Source of the DNA: Blepharisma stoltei ATCC 30299
Taxonomy: Eukaryota > Protista > Ciliophora
Reading direction: 5' to 3'
DNA: 64,000 bases
Assembly (NCBI GenBank): GCA_965603825.1
Contig: CBFDEM010000027.1
Location: forward strand, 310,001 to 374,000
Shown: in pieces, positions 56,835-64,000 of the stretch
Numbering within the stretch: the first letter of the stretch is position 1
How the letters are laid out: each line of letters begins with the position of its first letter
Notes under the pieces: model-generated
Told to the model about the DNA's origin: nothing
Databases searched by the model: none
What the model saw: only the letters and a program-made list of their open reading frames with translations
Position numbers and translations under genes: made by a program

Positions 56835-58589
56835 ATGGGATGCATATCTTCAAAAACTCACACATTAATAGTAGATTATGAAGGAACTAAAAAAGAAAAA
56901 GCAGGAGGATACACTGACTATTTGCAAGCAAGAAAATGGATATCAAATGAGTTTCCTCATCTAAGATCTCAAGCTTTTCTGTTACAAACAATGGATAAAC
57001 CTCCAATGACGATAAAAAACTCCCAAGATTTTACAAACGCTTTACGGTTGAATCCAAAAGTCTTAAAATTAAAAATTACTTTAGAAAGACCCCAAATCTT
57101 AAGTACTGATCCTATAAGCAAACTTTCCCAAGCAGTTGTAAAGATTAAAAATGCAGCTGGCCATATAGAAGGAACAGGAGTGCTCATATCAGAAACCCTG
57201 CTTCTTGCCAGCAGCGAAATCCTAAAAGATGATCTTTGCCTAGAAAATTACAGTGTTATGTTTTATGATTCACGATCAACTACAGTTCCATTCGACTTGA
57301 ACAGATTTTATCACAAATTTGGAGTAAATGAGGAAAATTATTTTGCTTTGGCACAGTTGAGCTGGTGCAGACAATTAGATGTATTATTGCACGATGTCAA
57401 GCCTGTCCCTTTAGAGTTAGAACCATCTTCTAGACGAGGAACAAAAGCTGATATTTTGTATTACCTAAAAACAAATCCGTCATTGAATAGAAGGACTGTA
57501 GGCTACAATATAGAAAGAGATAAAATAAGCCTAGGAGATATTTTATTAGGGGAAGGAGCTCAGGGCGCCCCAATTTTTGATGAAAATTGCAAGCTGCTTG
57601 GATTTTTTTCGACAAAAATTAATGCAGGAATTTCGGTTAAAGCTGTAACTGAGGAACTCAAAAAGTTGTATAAGAAAGGAAATCATGGGGTAGATGATCA
57701 AATTGAATATGCTTTTAAAAATTCTAATTTAGATCTTCCTGAGCAAGATTTTCAATTGCCAGAAGAAGAACCAACGAATTTATATCTTGAAAGTGCTTGC
57801 TACTTGGATTATAAAAATGAAAGTCTGAATTATCAGCATTTTACAGAAACAAAAATTAGAAAAATTTATAATTGTCCTGCTGATAAAGGGTCCTGTGCTG
57901 TAGTCACGCCTATTGGGATTATTATTACTGGAAAAAGTCTTTCTGGAGACACAAATAAAGCCTGAATTTATGATAACGCTTTTTCTGAACTACCAAACAC
58001 ATATGATAGCCATGAGTACCATTGCTCAGTTATGCATGATAGCTCTCTCTATGTTATTTCTGGGAGAAATTCGATGTCAATTGAAATTTTTGACCTTAGC
58101 AAGCGTCAATGGACAAGGCTTACAAATTTCAGTAAAAATCTCTACAAAGCTTCTTGTACATCAATTAACAGAAGAATTTATATTTGTGGAGGAATTAAAG
58201 GAGAAAAAATATCTCATTCTATATATTCACTAGAGGGAAGACAGCTGATTAAACATGCTTTTAAGATGCCTGCATTTATTTATGGAGGAGGGCTGCTAAA
58301 TTTAAGCTCAAATCTTGTCATCTACTTTGGAGGGGTTATCGGGCTGGAAGATACATACAAAGAAAAAAATCTCAAATCTTTCATGATTAATATAGATAAT
58401 GGGAGTATTTTAGAAGGGAAGAACTTAGAAGAGTCAATGGAATTCTATACAATTCAACCCTATTATAGGAAAAAAGAAGCAATTATATTTTCTACTAAAG
58501 GTAAGTTATTGAGATACGACATCAAAAAAGCTAAGTTTTTTTATTTCAGTATTCAGCTTGAAGAGGCAGAGGACTATAGCGTTGATTAA
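56835..58589 (+). CDS. N-acylated protein with degenerate trypsin-like domain and C-terminal Kelch-like repeats, 584 aa (TGA=Trp at 57963)
   Basis: MGCISSK; AVVKI...GTGVLIS..LL, FALAQL, G.QGAPIFD..LLG; LYVISG, RQW, IYICGG, IYFGG. Confidence 0.75.
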
Positions 58590-58680
58590 TACATATGGCG
58601 TTATTAATTATTTCTTGCATATTGCTATATCTATTTAAACTAAGAAATCCATATTAATCACTCAATTCTAGAATTATAAA

Positions 58681-60405
58681 ATGAGTAGTGCTCAAGCATT
58701 GGAGTGGAAAGAAAGAGGCAACACCGCATTTCAACAAAAAAATTACCAAGAAGCGATCGAATGCTTCACAAAAGCGCTTGAATTCTCTCCAAACGACCAC
58801 GTGTTTTATTCAAATCGTTCAGCATGCTATGCCAGCTTAGAGCAATATGACAAAGCATTGGAAGATGCAGTCAAATGTGTTCAGCTAAAGCCTGATTGGG
58901 TGAGAGGATACACGCGTAAAGGTCTTGCAGAGTTCTATCTTGGGAAATATAAAGAATCGGCAGAAACCTACAAAAAAGGACTAGAAATCGAGCCTGGGAA
59001 TGCTCAGCTTACAGAGGGGTTGCAAAGAGCAGAACAGGAGCTAAATAAGTCGTCAAACCCAATGGCGAATCTGTTTGTTGGGGAAAATTTGGCAAAGTTA
59101 ATGACCCATCCGAAAACCAGGGGATACTTCCAACAGCAAGATTTTATCCAGATGCTAACTTTGGTACAGAATAATCCTAATATGATGCAGATGCTTTTAC
59201 AAGATCAAAGGGTTATGGACTGTCTTGGAGTATTAATAGGCTTCGACACTAGCGCCCAGCAAGGAGAGCATGAAGATTCTCATCCTCACGACCATCCCCA
59301 CGACCATCCTCATGACCACTCTCATGACCATTCTCATGATCACCATCACCACGAAGAGCACAAAGAAGCTCCAAAGAAAGCTGAAGAAAAGAAGGCTGAA
59401 AAGCATGAAGCTCCTAAAGATCCTAATCGAAAATTAACAGCTGAAGAAGAAAAAGAGCTTGGAAACGCTCTCTTCAAAAACAAAAAGTACGAAGAAGCAC
59501 TTGAACACTATATCAAAGCGTTAGAAATAAACCCAGACGAAATCACCTACATTAATAACAAAGCAGCCTGTTATTTCTCAATGGGACAGTTCGAAAAAGC
59601 TATTGAACTCTGTGATGAAGCTTTAGCAAAGGGAAGAGAGGTTGGAGCTGATCTAAGCAAAACTGCCAGGGCACTTTCAAGAAAAGGACTAGCTTTGGTG
59701 CAGTTAGGGAGACTAGAGGAAGGAATTGAGCAGATTAAAAGGTCTTTAATGGACTTCCACGACGATAAGTTGAAATTCACACTTAGAGATCTTGAAAAGC
59801 AAAAAAAGAAAAAGGATGAACTTGCATATATTAACCCTGAAATTGCGGAAACTCACAATAACCAAGCAAATGAGCTTTTCAAGAATGGAAACTTCCCAGG
59901 AGCCCTCGTAGAATATGAAGAAGCAGTCAAGCGAAACCCGACTTTCGCCAAATATTACTCAAACCGTGCAGCTTGCTATATAAAGCTTTTGGAATTTCCA
60001 AGGGCTTTGGCTGATGTCAACAAAGCTGTTGAGTTAGATCCAAAGTTCACCAGAGCGTGGATCAGGAAAGGAAATGTCCACTATAACATGAAAGAATACC
60101 ATAAAGCTTTGGAAGCTTATGAAGAAGCAGAAAAGCTTGACCCTAATAATGACGAATGCAAGGAAGGGCTACAAAAGACTATGGCTGCTATACAAAGCGA
60201 ATCAAGTGGAGTCCCAGATGAAGAAAGAATCAGGCATGCAATGGCTGACCCAGAAATCCAAAATATTCTTAAAGACCCTCAGATGAGCCAGGTGCTCAAA
60301 GATATCAGTGAAAACCCAATGTCAGCTGGGAAATATATGACAGATCCGAAGATTAGAAACGCAATTAATAAGCTGATAGCTGCAGGCGTTATCAGAACTG
60401 GATAA
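58681..60405 (+). CDS. STI1: Hsp70/Hsp90 organizing protein STI1/HOP
   Basis: TPR1 (KERGN, YSNRSA), DP1, TPR2A, TPR2B, DP2 (AMADPEIQ.IL.DP, KLIAAG). Confidence 0.97.
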   Translation: MSSAQALEWKERGNTAFQQKNYQEAIECFTKALEFSPNDHVFYSNRSACYASLEQYDKALEDAVKCVQLKPDWVRGYTRKGLAEFYLGKYKESAETYKKGLEIEPGNAQLTEGLQRAEQELNKSSNPMANLFVGENLAKLMTHPKTRGYFQQQDFIQMLTLVQNNPNMMQMLLQDQRVMDCLGVLIGFDTSAQQGEHEDSHPHDHPHDHPHDHSHDHSHDHHHHEEHKEAPKKAEEKKAEKHEAPKDPNRKLTAEEEKELGNALFKNKKYEEALEHYIKALEINPDEITYINNKAACYFSMGQFEKAIELCDEALAKGREVGADLSKTARALSRKGLALVQLGRLEEGIEQIKRSLMDFHDDKLKFTLRDLEKQKKKKDELAYINPEIAETHNNQANELFKNGNFPGALVEYEEAVKRNPTFAKYYSNRAACYIKLLEFPRALADVNKAVELDPKFTRAWIRKGNVHYNMKEYHKALEAYEEAEKLDPNNDECKEGLQKTMAAIQSESSGVPDEERIRHAMADPEIQNILKDPQMSQVLKDISENPMSAGKYMTDPKIRNAINKLIAAGVIRTG

Positions 60406-60431
60406 ATAACTAAGGAGAATAGCAACAAAAT

Positions 60432-61157
60432 TTATTTTTTACATTTACAGATTAAAGTACCTTCATTGTATGCTTTAATTTTCTGTCTGCGAGTCATCCT
60501 TGTTTCTGTATATAAAAGGCAAGGACATGGCAGAGGGGGTATCTTTTCTGTTTCCCGCCACCATTTTCGTGGTGCTTCCGGAGTCCTTTTCTTATGCTTT
60601 CGCGGCTTTTTTCTTTGGATATTTGATAAACCAAGGCTGATTTTTTTAATTTCATTTTGAAAATTTATTTGTTGATTTTTCATTTCTTCAGTCATGCATT
60701 GTAATTCATCTTTTAAGTGCTTTATTTCATTTTTATTTGTAGCTTCACTCAAAATATTATCAATTTTATCAATCATCTCACCCTTAATTTCTTTATACTC
60801 TTCTCTCGATTTTTCTGTCTCTTTTTGGTTATTTTGCACAAAGGCTTCAATCATCTGTAAAGTCATTTTCTGGTTATTATCAATGATCATCTTGAACATA
60901 TCGCAAATATCGCTTCTGAAGGAATTAAAATGATCTTGAGAAATGCTTGGAGGGCCCATTATTGTAGAATCACTGAAAACTGAGAGAGTGTCGTCATTTT
61001 GTGTAAGCTTTGTGTCACTAGATTGAGAAAAAGGATTTTGTCTAAAGCTTGAAAATTGTGAATTTTGGCTGCGAAATGGGGCGCCTGTGCTGGATTTCAT
61101 TTGGTTACAGAGCGGGGGGTGGAATCTCCCAAAGGAGCGTTGAGATGGGACACTCAT
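60432..61157 (-). CDS. Hypothetical protein, ~241 aa
   Basis: Open frame from MSVPSQR (61157) to TAA; low-complexity N-terminus, coiled coil, basic Cys-containing tail. Confidence 0.7.
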   Translation of the reverse strand: MSVPSQRSFGRFHPPLCNQMKSSTGAPFRSQNSQFSSFRQNPFSQSSDTKLTQNDDTLSVFSDSTIMGPPSISQDHFNSFRSDICDMFKMIIDNNQKMTLQMIEAFVQNNQKETEKSREEYKEIKGEMIDKIDNILSEATNKNEIKHLKDELQCMTEEMKNQQINFQNEIKKISLGLSNIQRKKPRKHKKRTPEAPRKWWRETEKIPPLPCPCLLYTETRMTRRQKIKAYNEGTLICKCKK

Positions 61158-61627
61158 TTTAAAATTAATATGGAGCAATTTACTAAATTAATCCTGCTAG
61201 TTATAATTAAAACAGTTGATCGATTTGCTATTATATCTCTTGCATTATTTTATTTATTTATCTATCATAAAATTATTTTTATTAACATCTAAAAATAATA
61301 TAAAATCTAATTATTCACGGCTATTAATTTGTAATATTTTCAATTAGGCAAATTTTTCTTTATAAATAACATAAAAATTCTCAACATTAAGCCGAAATAT
61401 AGATTTATTATCAACTTGGCATCGACTCTATATGAAATTTCAAGCAAAATCATATTCACCATTTTAAATTTGCTGAAACCAATTTACATCAGATGGACAA
61501 TATCTAAATTCAAATATTAATAATTTTTCTATTTTTAACCTACATATCTCTAATAGCTTCTTCAAACTTTCAAAATATTTCCTTTCTTAACCAAAACCTT
61601 TATAATAATCTCTATTCAAAACGTGAA

Positions 61628-63859
61628 ATGGTAAAAGATATACAGAGTTTAATTGGTTTCCTCAAAAAAAGAAATGATAGAAAAATTTTGCCCAAAATCC
61701 AAGAAGACACTGAAAGGCGTCATCTTTTCAATCTGGATTCCCAAAAATTTTCTGAAGAAGATATATCTAAGCCTGCTACAATATCTACTGATCCTAATGA
61801 GACATTTAAAAATCCAAATGAACTTCCTCCTTTAAAATATAAAGAAGTCTGGCAAAGAGCGAAGAGAAAGCTTATTATGAGTATTAGAATAAAAAGGTTA
61901 CTTAAAGATAAAGAAATTTATGGACCTTCTAGTGCACTTTTTATGGGGCGTGATGAACAGGTGGAAGCAGGGGATGCTTACTTTAGGAAAAAAGCATGCC
62001 TAATTTTGTCACATGAAGGTACAAGTCTGTCTGAGGAATCGCTTCCAAAGGGTATTATACATCCTGGCAGCAAATGCAAAGCATGCTGGGATATTTTTGT
62101 AGGAATAATTTTATTGTACACGGCAATAACTACCCCATTTGTATTAGCATTTGTTACAACCTCAGATTTTGATTTTTGATTCTGGATGGACTTTTTTATT
62201 GATCTTTCCTTTTTGTCTGACACAATAGTACAGCTTAATACAGCTTTTTATTCAAAAGAAGGAAAACTTATGTACACAAGGAAACAAATTTTTTGAAATT
62301 ATTTAAAAGGGTGGCTAATCATCGATGTTTTAGCATCAATTCCGCTCGGGATGATTGAAGCTTTAGTTTCAGTAGGATATCCAGGTGGTATCAATCATTT
62401 TATCAAATTTTTTAGGCTAAAATCATTGCCAAGGCTGTTTCGGCTGTCAAAGCTGACTAAATTTATGAAAAATAAGGAAGCAGCGAGCTATATAGAAAAC
62501 ATTCAAGGCGCTTTTAGCATAAACTACACGGCTATGAGGATGATAAGTGCTATTTCTGCCATAATTATATGCCTTCATATAGTGGCATGCTTATGATTTT
62601 ATACTGCAAAAGCAGATGATTTTTCGACTGACACATGGGTGTTCAGATACCATTATTTGGATAACGATATATGAACTCTCTACCTTACTTGTATATATTG
62701 AGGCACGGCTACTTTAGCAACGGTTGGCTATGGCGATATAGCTCCTTATTCAAATTCAGAAAAATTTTTAGCTATGTTTTGGATGGTATGTGGGGTCTAT
62801 TTTCTATCCTTTACAATTAGTTCTTTATCTACAATGCTTACCAAACAAGATCTTAAAAAAAATATAGTAGACTACAGGCTATCAGTTGCTGATGAATTTG
62901 TCAAAGAAGCAAGAATATCGGGAGAAATCAAGAAAAAAATGCAAAAAACTATAAGACAATTCACTGAGAAAAATGGATTTACATTTGATGAAAAAGAAGA
63001 ACTTATTAATGAGCTCCCAAAGCATTTGCGATATGAAATCGCAATGAATATGCATCATGGTGCTATTCGTTTATTTTCGTTTTTTACGCTAAAAGACTAT
63101 TCATTTATTGCGAGTATAGTTCCCTATTTACAGCCCTTATTAGTAGATGTTAATGAAATTATCTGCAATGTAGGTGAGGCTCCTCAGAATATTTATTTTA
63201 TTGTTAATGGTAAAGTAAGCTACATAAAAGACAAAGAAGGAATAGTCTATCGCACACTCCAACAAGGTCATTATTTTGGCGATATTGAACTTGTTAAGAA
63301 GGTCGCGAGAAAATACAAAATTGTTGCAAGCACTGATACATTTTTACTAATCATGGGCAAAAAAACAATAGAAAAAATCCAACTTGAATTTCCAACTGTT
63401 TGGAAAGAAATCGGGATGATTGCTGAAGAAAGGGACAGAAAAATCAAAAAAGCTTTAGCTGAAACGTTAGCTTTATATAAAGCAAATAAAGCGGGGAAAA
63501 TCCAAGACCTAAAAGCGGATGAGTTTAGGGAGCTTATTAATCAAGAAATCGGTGAAGAAAATTGTGAGACTGAAGACGAAGAAGGAAATTTTAAATTTTC
63601 TATAAGAATGAGGAATAAAGAAATTTTGAAGGTAAAAAAACAAATAAATAAAAATACAGAATGCTTAGAAAGAATTGAGCAGCTAATGGAGAAAATAATG
63701 CAAAAACAAAAAAAAATCCCGATATTGCCTTCTCCACCTGTGAATTATATAAGGAGGTCGCTTAGAGGAAGCCTGCCTCAAATTAATATAGGATCTATTT
63801 CAAGAAATCCTTTAATGGAGACGTCACCGAGCAATTTAACTGAAGACACTGCATCTTAG
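61628..63859 (+). CDS. Voltage-gated K+ channel with cyclic-nucleotide-binding domain (EAG/KCNH/Shaker-CNBD type), 743 aa (five TGA=Trp)
   Basis: IHP......WD, YLKGWL.ID, RL..L.RL.RL, HIVACL-W, Y-W..TLATVGYGDI.P selectivity filter, C-linker, YFGD CNBD; TAG stop. Confidence 0.93.
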
Positions 63860-63941
63860 TGCCTTTTTTGATTGTTGTCATAATAATTTCATTCACTTAA
63901 ATTTATAATAAACTGCATTATAAATTAAATTCTAGTTTTCT

Positions 63942-64000
63942 TTATAAGTTTTCCTTATTTGGATTCATCCAAGGATCTTCTAAAATTTGTTGGCATGTTG
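63942..64000 (-). CDS. C-terminal end of a gene extending beyond the window, possibly a protein kinase
   Basis: Minus frame reads TCQQILEDPWMNPNKENL*, resembling the kinase subdomain XI T..QIL.HPW motif. Confidence 0.45.
   Translation of the reverse strand, partial: TCQQILEDPWMNPNKENL

Noticed and set aside
5059-62223. Numerous antisense/overlapping ORFs in the track (e.g. 5059-5367, 19290-19757, 38802-39182, 52799-53953)
   Set aside because: Shadow frames of real genes on the opposite strand; F/S/L-rich with no motifs.
676-62701. Frequent in-frame TGA as pseudogenes or selenocysteine
   Set aside because: TGAs align with conserved Trp rather than Cys, occur in about half the genes, and are not accompanied by frameshifts.

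Overview
AT-rich, very gene-dense eukaryotic DNA, most likely macronuclear sequence of a heterotrich ciliate (Blepharisma-like). Two features visible in the sequence support this. First, TGA is read as Trp: in-frame TGAs fall on conserved Trp positions of Kelch repeats, an AN1 zinc finger and a K+ channel, while TAA and TAG are stops. Second, there are seven 15/16-nt spliceosomal introns (GTAA...TAnnnAG). Many ORFs in the supplied standard-code track are therefore fragments of longer genes. Re-reading gives about 40 protein genes, including COG4, Rab, importin-alpha, TEX9, short delta-COP, LZTR1-like, UBA4/MOCS3, PCNA, cathepsin L, SAPS/PPP6R, PGK, STI1 and a CNBD K+ channel, plus one tRNA-Arg(ACG). 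Most unusual: (a) a 1031-aa VIT-vWA protein carrying Nup98-type GLFG repeats and a histone-H3-like fold; (b) an unannotated ~105-nt tandem box C/D RNA whose guides are complementary to U2 snRNA and point by the D+5 rule to G19 and A30; (c) a PCNA gene with no AUG, whose start-codon position is occupied by the 3' end of a tRNA gene; (d) a membrane-tethered ATF6/bZIP28-like factor; (e) a Nup153/Nup1-like gene head-to-head with importin-alpha. All homology calls are by motif recognition; no database searches were run.
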